NCBI RefSeq assembly: GCF_009914755.1
Contig: NC_060934.1
Strand: one strand, 5' to 3'
Source of the DNA: the human T2T-CHM13v2.0 reference genome, Homo sapiens
DNA: 64,000 nt
Below are positions 48,787 through 61,335 of this stretch, piece by piece; the stretch's first letter is position 1, and the number at the start of each line of letters is the position of its first letter. The position numbers and the translations under genes are program-made. The notes below the pieces were generated by a model that had not been told where the DNA came from, ran no database searches, and saw nothing but the letters and a program-made list of their open reading frames with translations.

Positions 48787-49100
48787 AGCCTGGCATGGTG
48801 AGTCACATCTGTAATCCCAGCAGTTTGGGAGATTGATGAAGGAGCATCACTTGAGCTTAGGATTTTTAGACCACCCTGGGCAACATAGTGGTAACTTGTC
48901 TCTACCAAAAAAAAAAAAAAAAAATTAGCCAGGTGTGGCAGCATGTGCCGGCATTCCCAGTTTGGGAGGCTGAGGCGGGAGGATTGTTTGAGGTTGGGAG
49001 TTCGCCACTGCAGTGAGCCGTGATCGTGCCACTGCACGCTAGCCACTAACAAAATGAGACATTGTCTCACAAACAAAAACCAAAACAACAATAAATAACA
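48787..49100 (+). mobile_element. AluJ-like
   Basis: diverged dimer, GGCAACATAGTG and GGAGGATTG diagnostics. Confidence 0.85.
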
Positions 49101-49702
49101 ACAATGAAGGAAAACTTCAAAAATATACAATGTCACTATTGACATTAATGAACAGAAAAGATAGAAACAATACATCTCACTCTTAAATAGCATAAATACA
49201 ATGTTACATTGTTATAGGTATATAACTTGACAATCCTAATATATCGCCAAAAATACTGGATGCAAATGAAGGAATAAAATTATACACTCAAAAGATGACA
49301 AGAAAACAAAGAACAGTTAAAACAATAAAATGAAAGCAAGAAAGCAAAATAAACAGAATGGCAAAAAGAATAAACATATTAGTTAATAATGAATATGAAT
49401 TAACAGAACACTTTGTTATGTGAAATACTGTTACTTGTATTGAAAACCAGTACCTAATTAAATGCCAATTTTAGGAGACCTACTCAACAATGCAACGCCA
49501 AACAATTATTGGAAGGTAAAGCCTTTGGTTATATAGACCTATTTTACATTATCTTCACTTCGTTATGACATCCTGGAAATAATTTAAAAGTTATAAATAT
49601 ACAACAGCAAAAGGAAGAGGTAATAAAAGGACAGGAGATTTTTAACATATTTATGGAGGAAGGGAAGTAGAGGACTGGCAATAAAAGAAGCAGAAAGTGG
49701 AA

Positions 49703-51050
49703 GCTGGATCCTAGACACAGAGTTCCAAGCCGGATTCTAGATACAGAGCACCTCATTGGGATTCTAGATACAGAGCGCCTGAGTGGGATTCTAGATGCAG
49801 AGGGTCTCAGCAGATCCTAGACACGGAGCGCCTCAGCGGATCCTAGATACAGAGCACCTCAGCGGGATTCTAGACACAGAGCATCTCAGCGGTATTCCAG
49901 ACACAGAGCGCCTCAGCAGGATTCTAGACACAGAATGCCAAGCCGGATTCTAGATAAAGAGCTCCTCAGTGGGATCCCAGACACAGAGCGCCTCAGCGAA
50001 GTCGTAGATAATAGAGCGCCCCAGCGGGATCCTACACACAGAGCGCCCCAGCGGGATCCTACACACAGAGCGCCCCAGCGGGATCCTACACACAGAGCGC
50101 CCCAGCGGGATCCTACACACAGAGCGCCTCAGCGGGATCCTACACACAGAGCGCCTCAGCGGGATCCTACACACAGAGCGCCCCAGCGGGATCCGACACA
50201 CAGACCGCCTCAGCGGGATCCTACACACAGAGCGCCCCAGCGGGATCCGACACACAGACCGCCTCAGCGGGATCCTACACACAGAGCGCCTCAGCGGGAT
50301 CCTACACACAGAGCGCCTCAGCGGGATCCTACACACAGAGCGCCCCAGCGGGATCCTACACACAGAGCGCCCCAGCGGGGTCCTAGACACAGAGCGCCTC
50401 AAAGGAGTCCTAGACACAGAGCGCCTCAGCGGGATCCTACACACAGAGCGCCTCAGCGGGGTCCTAGACACAGAGCGCCTCAGCGGGGTCCTACACACAG
50501 AGCGCCTCAGCGGGGTCCTAGACACAGAGCGCCTCAGCGGGGTCCTAGACACAGAGCGCCTCAGCGGGGTCCTACACACAGAGCGCCTCAGCGGGATCCT
50601 GGTTGGAGAGCGCCTCAGCGGGGTCCTACACACAGAGCGCCTCAGCGGATCCTAGATGCAGAGCCCGTCAGTGGGTTCCTAGATGCAGAGTCCCTCAGCG
50701 GGATCCTGGTTGTGGAGCGCCTCAGCGGGATTCTAGATGCAGAGCGCCTGAGTGGGATTCTAGACACAGAGCGCCTCAGCCTGGTCCTACACACAGAGCG
50801 CCTCAGCGGGATCCTGGTTGGAGAGCGCCTCAGCGGGGTCCTACACACAGAGCGCCTCAGCGGGATCCTGGTTGGAGAGCGCCTCAGCGGGATCCTAGAT
50901 ACAGAGCGGCTCAGCGGGATTCTCGATACAGAGCCCCTCAGCGAATCCCAGATACACAGCGCCTGAGTGGTATTCTAGATATAGAGCACCTCAGCGGATC
51001 CTAGATACAGAGCGCCTTAGCTGGGTTCTGGACATAGAGTGCCTTAGCAG
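49703..51050. repeat. CpG-rich 27-bp minisatellite (VNTR), roughly 50 units
   Basis: consensus AGAGCGCCTCAGCGGGATCCTA(C/G)ACAC; homogeneous core about 50012-50645, diverged flanks with 26/28-bp units. Confidence 0.97.
49935..50966 (+). CDS. hypothetical 343-aa repeat ORF (RAPQRDPTH)n / (ERLSGILDT)n inside the VNTR
   Basis: ATG with -3 A, stop-free; may only reflect the 27-bp unit being a multiple of 3. Confidence 0.15.
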   Translation: MPSRILDKELLSGIPDTERLSEVVDNRAPQRDPTHRAPQRDPTHRAPQRDPTHRAPQRDPTHRAPQRDPTHRAPQRDPTHRAPQRDPTHRPPQRDPTHRAPQRDPTHRPPQRDPTHRAPQRDPTHRAPQRDPTHRAPQRDPTHRAPQRGPRHRAPQRSPRHRAPQRDPTHRAPQRGPRHRAPQRGPTHRAPQRGPRHRAPQRGPRHRAPQRGPTHRAPQRDPGWRAPQRGPTHRAPQRILDAEPVSGFLDAESLSGILVVERLSGILDAERLSGILDTERLSLVLHTERLSGILVGERLSGVLHTERLSGILVGERLSGILDTERLSGILDTEPLSESQIHSA

Positions 51051-51799
51051 GAAACAGATATGAAGCCCTGTCACAGAGGTCTTTGCTATGTTAGGATTGC
51101 TTAGGAGAAGGGAAGTGGCAGTGAGGTGTTTGGCAGGACACTGGAATTCCATAGGAATCTCCATAAGGAGGAGTGCATGCCCTGCCTTTCCTGGACACAG
51201 TCCACACAGTTAGCTGTTAACTTCATAGAACAAAAGAAACAAAACCCACATTCATTAAAACAAACAAACTAGTAATAAAGATAAGGAAACCCCAAACAGG
51301 AAGATCTATCTCTGAAAAAAAGTAGTTTCAAAATCTGCGGAGAATCACCATAGCCCTGTGGTAAAACTTATGAATTGTGGTCTGTTCCTTGTACATGAGA
51401 GTCCAAATCCTCTTTTATAATTGGCATAGAAAAAATGTATTTGCCAACTAAATGGCTGTATACTGCTTATCTGAGGCCAAATAAACTACACAGCAAAGAT
51501 GTCAGATCTGGCACAGTAGTTGTGCCTGAAGTTATCATGAAGTGAGTTTGCAATGGTTAACAGTCATCAACTCAGACCATGTGTCCAACATAACATTCTT
51601 CTTTTTCAGTGTAAAGGAAATAGCTATTGGTTATTTGGGGGAAACTTCCATGTTTACTTACTACAACATTGCAGTCCTTCCTACTACAGATCCAGCTACC
51701 TCGTCTGTTAACTACCTTCATGTTTGAAAATTGGCTTAGATCCACCCTCAGTATCCTGGTTCATGCTTGATTTCTTCTGCTGGTGTACTTTGAATAGTG

Positions 51800-52045
51800 G
51801 TATAGACAAAACTGTGTACCCTCCCAAAATGTGTATGTTGAAGCCCTAGCCCCCAGTGTGACAGTATTCGGTGATAGGGCCTTTAAGAAGGTAATTAAGG
51901 TTAAATGAGGTCACAAGGGTGGGGCCCTGATTAAATAGGACTGATGTCTTTATAAGAAGAGGCAGAGACACCAGACAGCTCTTGTTCTCTTTCTGTCTTT
52001 GATTGAGTCTAGAACCAAGGCCATGTGAGAACACAGCAAGATGGC
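51800..52045 (+). mobile_element. MLT1A-like LTR, 3'-truncated
   Basis: TATGTTGAAGCCCTAGCCCCCAGTGTGAC..GCCATGTGAGAACACAGCAAGATGGC then abrupt switch. Confidence 0.85.
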
Positions 52046-53071
52046 CTCATGGTAGCAGGGATGGAGGTTATGCATGGGATCAGCAACATGGACTGCCACT
52101 CACCAAGGCTGACCTGGCTATGGCCACGGTTGCGTGCCCAATTTGCCAGCAGCAGAGACCAACACTGAGCCCTCAATATGGCACCATTCCTCGGGGTGAT
52201 CAGCCAGCTACCTGGTGGCAGGTTGGTTATATGGGACTTCTTCCATCATGGAAAGGGCAGAGGTCTGTCCTCACTGGAACAGACACTTACTCTGGCTGTG
52301 GGTTTGCCTAACCTGTATGCAATGCTTCTGCCAAGACTACCATCTGTGGACTCACGGAATGGCTTATCCACCATCATGGTATTCCACACAGCATTGCCCC
52401 TGACCAAGGCACTCACTTTACGGCTAAAAAAAGTGCAGCAGTGCACCCATGCTTATGGAATTCACTGGTCTTATCATGTTCCCCATCATCCTGAAGCAGC
52501 TGGATTGATAGAACGGTGGAATGGCCTTTTGAAGTCACAATCACAATGTCAACTAGGTGACAAAGCTTTGCCGGGCTGGGGCAAAGTTCTCCAGAAGGCA
52601 GTGCATACTATGAATCAGTGTCCAATATATGGTACTCTTTCTCCCATAGCCAGGATTCACGGGTCTAGGAATCAAGGTGCAGAAGGAGAAGTGGCACCTC
52701 TCACCATCACCCCTAGTGATCCACTAGCAAAGTTTTTGCTTCCTGTTCCTGCAACATTATGTTCTGCTGGCCTAGAGGTCTTAGTTCCAGAGGGAGGAAT
52801 GCGGCTACCAAGAAACACAACAATGATTCCATTAAACTGGAAGTTAAGATTGCTACCTGGACACTTTGGGCTCCTCCTACCTTTAAGTCAACAGGCTAAG
52901 AAGAGAGTTACAGTATTGTCTGAGGTGATTGACCCAGACTTTCAAGATGAAATCAGTCTACTATGCCATAAAGGATGTAAGGAAGAGTATGCATTAAATA
53001 CAGGAGATCCACTAGGGCATCTCTTAGTATTACCATGCCCTGTGATTAAGATCAATGAGAAACTACAATAG
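52043..53071 (+). pseudogene. HERV-L integrase + dUTPase pseudogene
   Basis: stop at 52309-52311, frameshift near 52430, first catalytic Asp read as Gly (WQVGY). Confidence 0.88.
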
Positions 53072-53599
53072 CCCAATCCAGCTAGTACTATAAACAGTCC
53101 AGATCCCTCAGGAACGAAGGTTTGGGTCACTCCACTAGGAAAACAACAAAAAACAAAAAAAAAACAAAAACACTCGACTTGCTGAGGTGCTTGCTGAAGG
53201 CAAAGGGAATAGAGAACGGGTAGTAGAAGAAGGTAGTCATTGAGACCAGCTACAACCACGTGACCTGCTGCAGAAACAAGGACTGTAACTGTCATGAGTA
53301 GTTCCTCCTTCTTTTGTTAAAAACATGTTTGTGCATGTATACGCTTGTACTGAGAAAATATCTTCATTTTATTTTGTTTTCCTTTATCATGTGACATAAG
53401 ATTTATTAACTTCACATCAGCATTTAAGTATTGTTAACTTTATGTAATAGCATTTGGGTTGGTGATTGGTGAATTTCCAGTTGAATGAAGGATAGTTGTA
53501 TTATGTTAGGCATAATTATGATCTTATTATTGTCTTTATTTGCAGATTATGTGTGATCTTAGGTGATGTGTATGGGTTCAAGCTGACAAGGGGTGCACT
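52043..53599 (+). mobile_element. HERV-L internal 3' portion (integrase, dUTPase, PPT)
   Basis: HGLPLTKADLA..CPICQQ, GLIERWNGLLK, IPLNWKLRL.PGHFGLL, VIDPD; purine tract AAGGGG before the LTR. Confidence 0.93.
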
Positions 53600-54000
53600 T
53601 GTGATGGTTAATACTGAGTGTCAACTTGATTGGATTGAAGGATGCAAAGTATTGGTCCTGGGTGTGTCTGTGAGGGTGTTGCCAAAGGAGATTAACATTT
53701 GAGTCAGTGGGCTGGGGAAGGCAGATCCACCCGTAGTCTAGTGGGCACAATCTAATCAGCTGCCAGCGAATATAAAGCAGGCAGAAAAATGTGAAGAGGT
53801 GAGACGGGCCTCGCCTCCCAGCCTACATCTTTCTCCCATGCTGGATGCTTCCTTCCCTCAAACATCGAGCTCCAAGTTCTTCAGTTTTGAGATTCAGACT
53901 GGCTCTCCTTGCTCCTCAAGCTTGCTGACAGCCTATTGTGGGACCTTGTGATCATGTAAGTTAATACTTAATAAACTCCCATATAGATAGATAGATAGAT
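53600..54000 (+). mobile_element. MLT2A1 3' LTR lacking U5 terminus
   Basis: TGTGATGGTTAATACTGAGTGTCAACTTGATTGG start; TATAAA 53771; AATAAA 53970; ends in (GATA)n without GAACCCTGACTAATACA. Confidence 0.9.
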
Positions 54001-55162
54001 TTCATTGATCTTCAAAAACAAATCAATTACAGTAAATGTGCCTTGATTAGATTTTGATTTGAAAAACATATTTCAAAAAGTAACTTTAATATGGGTATTT
54101 GGTGATATAAAGGTGATGCGTCAATGACTACGAAAATAGATTTTAGTTATTTAGAAAACATCCTTTTTGTGTTTTTGATACTGAAATATTTAAAGGTGAA
54201 ATGACGTGATACCTATTATTTGTTGTAAAAAATACTACCAAAATTTGAAAGATAAAAAAGTAAGACAAAAGTAAGCTCTTGGAAGCTGACTGGTATATTG
54301 AAGAGTTTTTCTTTCCCCTCAAATTTTGGATACTTGAAAATTTTTATACTACAAAAACGTGATAAATGAATTAGATAACATAGAGCCAAAATGATTTAAA
54401 ATATTTTTATAATTGACTAGTGGAGGAAATAAAACTGGGTTATGTCTGCTGAAAAAAGTAGGGAGGGAAGTGAAGAGGGTGTGGCCAGTCAGAATGCCCA
54501 CTCCTCTGCCCATGACATTTGCTTCAAAGATGGGAAACTAATTTAACCTACATCAACTTAAACATCCCTTTCCAAGGAAAACTGCTCTCTTCCAACCAGG
54601 CTGTTAAACTAAGAAGATAGATATCTCTGCCACTATTCATCTTCCCTACAACTCTGAAGAATGAAAAAATACACAAGTCATCAGAACTGAGACTAAAAGA
54701 TAAAATGAGTCCTGCCATTTTCCCCTGAATCCCTGGATTCTAACACACCTAAAATTACTGTCCCCATATATTTTCTAGTTACATGTAAGTTTTGTTTAAG
54801 GTAGTTTAAATTAACTTAGACTACTCCATCACTGGCAACTGTGGAAGACTCAACAATAACTTGACAAAAAAAATTAGCAAAGTGAGTTAAGTGCTCATAA
54901 ATAGGATGAAATATAACTCATGCAAGGTGATTATTTATATCAATGTAGAGATTGATAACTAGACACATAGAGATAGTAGGTAAGGTTCTAGTTCTAGATT
55001 ATACCAAATATTGGAGTTGGAATCTCTGTGCTTTTTAGATTATAGATCTAAAATAGTCTTGATTATGGAATATTTTATTTGTGTTGTATTGACTTTTTAA
55101 AATTTTCAACATAATTTTTATTTTAGAAAAATAAATTTTTAATATTGAAAAATTTTAAATTA

Positions 55163-57568
55163 CAGGCATACATCGTTTGATTTTACTTTGCTTGATTATA
55201 CTTTGTACATACTTCATTTCTTACAATTGGTAAGTCTGTGACAACCTTGCATGGAACAAGTCTATTGACATCATTTTTCCAAAGCATGTGCTGACTTTGG
55301 GTCTCTGTGTCACATTTTGGTAACTCTTGAATATTTCAAACCTTTCCATTATTATATATGTTATATTTTATATTATTATATCATAATGTTATACATTTTT
55401 CATATTATTACATCTGCTATGTTGTTTTAGGGCACCACGAACCATGCCCATAAAAGACGGCAAACTTATAAACGTGTGTGTTTTGACTGCTCCACCACCT
55501 AGAAATTTTCCCATTTCTCTCCTTGTCTTTGGGCCTCCCTATTTCCTCAGCTACAGTGACATTAAAGTTAAGCCTAATAATAACCTTATAATGGCCTCTA
55601 AGCATTCAAGCAAAAGGAAGATTTGCATATCTCTCATTTTAAGTCAAAAGCTAGATGATTAAGCTTAGTGAGAAAGGCATATTCAAAGCTGAGACAAGCT
55701 AAAAGCTAGGCCTCTCATGCCAGTTAGCCAAGTTGTGAATGTAAAGGAGAAGTTCTTGAAGGTAATTAAGTGCTACTCCATTGAACACACAAATGATAAG
55801 AAAGGAAAATAGCCTTATGGCTGATATGAAGAAAGGTTTAGTGGTCTGAGTAGATGATCAAGCCAGCGGCAACGTTCCTTTCAGTCAAAGTCCGGTCCAG
55901 AGCAAAGCCCTAACTCTCTTCCATTCTATGAAGGCTGAGAGAGGTGAGAAAGCTGCAGAAGGGAATTTTGAAGGTAGCAGAGGCTGTTTCATGAGGTTTA
56001 AGGAAAGAAGCTGTCTCCATAACAAAAAAGTGCAAGGCAAAGCAGCAAGTGCTGATGGAGAAGCTGCAACAAGCTATCCAGAAGATCAAGCTAAGATCTT
56101 TGATGAAGGTGGCTACTCTAAAGAACAGATTTTCAATGTATGTGAAAGGGCCTTCTATTGTAAAAAGATGCCATCTAGGACTTTTATAGCTAGAGAGAAA
56201 TCAATGCCTGGCTTCAAAGCTTCAAAGGACAGGCTGACTCTCCTGCTAGAGACTAATGCAGCTGGTGACTTTCAGCTGAAGCCCATGCTCATTTATCATC
56301 TTGAAATTCCCAGGGTTCTTAAGAATTACACTAAATCTACTCTGCCTATGCTCTGGAACAACAAAGCCTGAATTATGTCATATCTGTTTATAGTGTGGGT
56401 TACTGAATATTTAAAGCCCACTGTTGAGGCCTACTACTCAGATAAAATATTCCTTTCAAAACACTATTGCTCATTGACAATGCACCTGGTCACCCAAGAG
56501 CTCTGATGGAAATCTGCAAATAAATTACTGTTATTTTCATGCCTGATAACACATTTATCTATAGCCCATGGATCAGGGGTAACTTCAACTTTCAAGTTAT
56601 ATTGTTTAAGAAATACATTATATAAGGCTGTAGCTGCCATAGACAGTGATTCCTCTGATGAATATGTGCAGTGTAAATTGAACACCTTCTGGAAAGAATT
56701 CACAATTCTAGATGCCATTAAGAACATTTGTGATTCATGGGAGGAGGTCAAAATATCAATGTAAACAGGAGTTTAGAAGAAGTTGATTCCAACCCTCACA
56801 GATGATGTTGAGGGCTTCAGGATGCCACTGGAGAAAGTAACTGCAAATATGGTGGTAATGGCAGAACTAGAAATAGAAGTGGAGCCTGAAGATGTGACTG
56901 AATTGCTGCAATGTCATGATAAAACTTGAATAGATTAGGAGTCACTTGTTATGACTGAGGAAAGAAAAAGTCGTTTGCTGAGATGGAATCTACTGCTGGT
57001 AAAGATGCTGTAAACACTGATTAAGTGACAACAAACAATTTAGAATATTATACTAAATGTAATTAATAAAGCAGAAGTAGGTTTTGAGAGAATTTACTCC
57101 AATTTTGAAAGACATTCTATTGTGGGTAAAGTGCTATCGAACAGCATCTAATGGTACAGAGAAATCTTTTTTCATGAAAGGAGAAGTCAGTCAATGCATC
57201 AAACTTCATTGTTATTTTGTTTTAAGAAATTGCCACAGTTACCCTGAACCTCAGCAAATGCCACCCTGATCAGTCAGCAGCCTTCAACACTAAGGCAAGA
57301 CCCCCCCACAACCAGCAAACAGATTATGACTTGCTGAAAGCTCATATGATAAGTAGTATTTTCTAGCAACTCATTATTTTAAAATTAAGGTGTATATGAT
57401 GTTTTTTAGGCATGATGCTATTGCACATTTAATAGACTTCAGTAGAGTGTAAACATGATTTTTATATGCACTGGGAAAACAGACACTTGTGTCACTCACT
57501 TTATTGAAATATTCATTTTATTGAAGTGGTCTGGAAGCAAACTTGCAATATATTTTGAAGTATGCTTG
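55163..57568 (+). mobile_element. near full-length Tigger1 (pogo-like) DNA transposon
   Basis: TIRs CAGGCATAC / GTATGCTTG, TA TSDs, ~2.4 kb, transposase fragment [27 protein letters not shown]. Confidence 0.95.
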
Positions 57569-57575
57569 TATGTAG

Positions 57576-57991
<416 letters not shown>

Positions 57992-57999
57992 CACTTTCT

Positions 58000-58935
58000 T
58001 TATTGAACCTTTTCTTCTGAACTCCAAACTCATACTGGGCTGTGTGCTCCACATCTTAGCACGGCTGTCTTAGGTACACTTACTATGTTTGAAGCTCCTG
58101 ATATTCCCTTCTCTCTGAAACTGCTCTTCTTGTCTTTCTGACCTTTGTTATTCAGAAAGCTTTCCATCCTTTGTTATTCAGAAAAAGCCTTGGTGTCCTC
58201 TTTCAGTTCTTTCTTTTCTTCAGTAATCCCATTTCCTTCTTCAGGTAGCCCTTTGATGAGACCTCAAACATGCATCAGAAATCTGGAGACGGCCTCTCAT
58301 CTCATCTTCTACCACTCACTCCAAGTCAAGCTACTTTAATCTTTTACCTGGATCATTACAAACGTCTCCTTGTTTTAATCCTTTTCCCCACACGGTCTCT
58401 TCTCCAAACATTAGCAAGAGAAATCCTTTCAAAATCTAAGTCATATCAATTTGGAATACACCAATGCTGTGCCAGATGAAAAATCGAAGTCATCACAGTG
58501 ACCTCCAAGGCTCTAGAAGATTTGACTCTTCCACGATCTCTCCCTGTCTTCACTCTTCCAACTAGACTTGCCTCCAATATTCAAATGTCCTCTCTTGCCT
58601 CAGGGCCTTTGCACTGACTGTTTCCTTTGCCTGATATTCACGTATCTCTTTTCCCTCCTTCAATCTTCACTCATATGTCACCAATTCAGTGAAGCCCATT
58701 ACAATCAACCTTTTAAAAATTTTAACCACACCACTAGCATTGCCAATATACTCTACCTGTGTTTTTTTATTAGTATTCATCAACTTAATATGAAACACAT
58801 AGTTTTTACTTCCATGAGAGCAGAAACGTACCTACATTTTTTTTCCACTGATTTCTCTTAAGTGTGAAAACAGTATCAGTAGATAAGCAGTAGACACTTG
58901 GTATATCCACAAATATTTATGAAAAGAATGTATGA
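58000..58935. mobile_element. L2 3' remnant
   Basis: CTGCCTCAGGGCCTTTGCAC-like motif, CTCCATGAGAGCAGA, AAATATTTATGAA..GAATG. Confidence 0.7.
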
Positions 58936-61149
58936 AGAAAATATCCAGTATTAAAGGCAAGAAGAATATAAACCCTGGTAAGCATTTTGGGAGTTCCTAG
59001 GAGAAATGTACTGTATTAACTGAGGATCAAGATAACATTTTATAAAACTTGCTTCATCAATAAAGTGAGTCTAGATAAAGTGTAAGTTATTTTTGTGATT
59101 ATTGAATGCAAATAATTCCATGCTATTTATGTGAAACATGACACATCATTAATGGGGAGGAAACGAGAGAAAAAGGGAACTGGAAAATATTTTACCCAGA
59201 GGACTTTTTATGGAAATCTTCTTCCAAAGAAAAGAGCTGAAATATGTGTCCCTGAAGAGAAGCAAGATTCAAGATTGAAAGTAAGAAGTATGAGTCCAGT
59301 TGGAGAGCTGTGCTAACTCTATATTATATTAAGATCTTTCACATAATCAATATTAAAGGAGTTCCAGAGAAATGAATAAAAATCAAACTGTGGGATGAAG
59401 GTCTCTTAAATTTAATCTCTTGAGTGTATAATAGAGACCTCATGGTAAATAGAAGTTTTAATTTTAAAAGGCCGTTAGTAGCTACTTAATAGAAGAGGAG
59501 AAGTAACAATAGCAGTCTCTTGGTGCTCAACTCTCTCCTGCCATATTACCCACAAATGTGCTATACAAATAAGGAGCACTGCCTCGAAATAATGTTTGAA
59601 AATAGTTACAAAAATAGTTGTTGACCTTTGCTGCTTTCAAGGTGGTCTATTTTGCAGCCCAATTATAATAGTAAAAAAAAAAAATGAAAGAATTGGCACA
59701 GGGCTTTTATATTAGTTGCAGATTTTTTCATGCTGGAAATAAATAAAGGGCTGGCATATTTATTGAGTGTGTTGACTAGAACTCACAAACCAGATTAATG
59801 ATCTGTATTTTAAATGAACATGTGCCCCAAGTTCTGTTGTGTCCTGTGTCTGTGTTTGGTCACTATTAATGCAATATGGATGATTAAACTCACTTGTTGA
59901 ATAGAAAGTTATATATGAAATCAGTGAGATGAGCTTTTGCATTTACTGACAGTATCAAGTAAATCTGTAAAGCTGAAAATTTTGAGAAATTTTGAATATG
60001 ACCAAAGATAATTGTAGAAAAACTGTCAACCCCATACATGATTCTAGCACTAAGCTTAGCAAACATAAATTTTAAACTTTCTTCCAAACTGGAAAATATA
60101 TGGTTAAGAGGTTTTTACATTCATCAACATATTTTTATACCAAATAATCATTGTATTTTGTATCTTATGGGCAGATGGGTTATCACAATTAAAGCTGAAA
60201 TAACAAACTACAAGGTTGGCATGAAATTTTTAAAATTTACTAACAAATAATGAGCATTTTTAATATGGTATAAACATTTTTAGTTATTTTGACTTGAAAA
60301 TTGGTTCCATGCATGAATTCATGCTTGTGAGTATGTTCCTACAAATATGTATACGGGAGAGAGAATCAATTAATATGCAGAGGGAGGCATAAAGTTCCAG
60401 GAATTATCTATATTGTGCAGTCATCTATTTTGAAGCAAGTAATTATCAAACACTTTTCATGAGTAATTGTGAGCAATATAATATTGGATATTCAAAGCAA
60501 ACAAACAAAAACACCTAGCTTTGAGGTCCTGGTTGAGTACTGTTGTCTTTCAAGTGAAGGAACAAGACAATTTCATTTTAAAGACCAAGTAAAAGGTAAA
60601 TATATGTGATGAGTGCTATGAGTATAGAAGCAACTTTTGAATAGCTAAGAAAGAAAAGGAATTTATTTCATGCCCTCATATCTAGTGATGCAGAATCTTC
60701 CCTAAAGGCATTTTGTCTTAATCACATGCAAAAATCATCTTAGACATCCACATTTGCACTTATCATTAGCATATATAAAGAACCACGCAAACATGCCAAC
60801 TAAAAGCATTTACATTATTTGCAGACTACATTTATACTGCATAAAGTGCCAGTTATTTTACAATATTAACTCCTATGAAACCTGGGATAATTTCTGTGAC
60901 TTAACTTTTCTTTACGTGTGTCTTACAAAATGTTCATACATATTTGCAGGGAATATGAATGTGTAACACACACATTAGGTGTATGTAATATTTCAGTGTT
61001 ATTTTGAACTTTACATAAGAATATCTATGTTTAAGTATATAGAAAGTTGATGTAATTTGTGGCTACTGAAGGGAACACCAAAATTATAAAAAGTCTTTTT
61101 TTTTAGCAATTTAATAGAATTTTGTTGTTATATTGTTACAATGGAAGCA

Positions 61150-61335
61150 AAAGCTTTTCCATCTTGAAAACTTAGTAGCTATGTGACCAATGTGACTTAC
61201 GTTAACTTTTCTTTGAATTTTAGTTTCCTTTTGAAATTTGAGGATACCTACTCATAGATATGAAAAAGAAGATTAAATGGGAAAGTGTTTATAGCGCACT
61301 ACATCACAGGGTCTTACACAAATTACCTTCTCTAT
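61150..61335 (+). mobile_element. MIR
   Basis: CTTAGTAGCTATGTGAC..TTAGTTTCCT..GATTAAATGGGA. Confidence 0.6.

Noticed and set aside
50012-50645. Tandem CTCF or REST sites in the VNTR unit
   Set aside because: Only the GGCGCT / AGCGCC half matches; spacing and the other half do not fit either consensus.
49703-51050. CRISPR-like array
   Set aside because: Units are head-to-tail with no unique spacers; eukaryotic context; no cas genes.
55928-56371. Domesticated TIGD1-like gene
   Set aside because: Fragment of a decayed Tigger1 with stops on both sides and damaged catalytic motifs.
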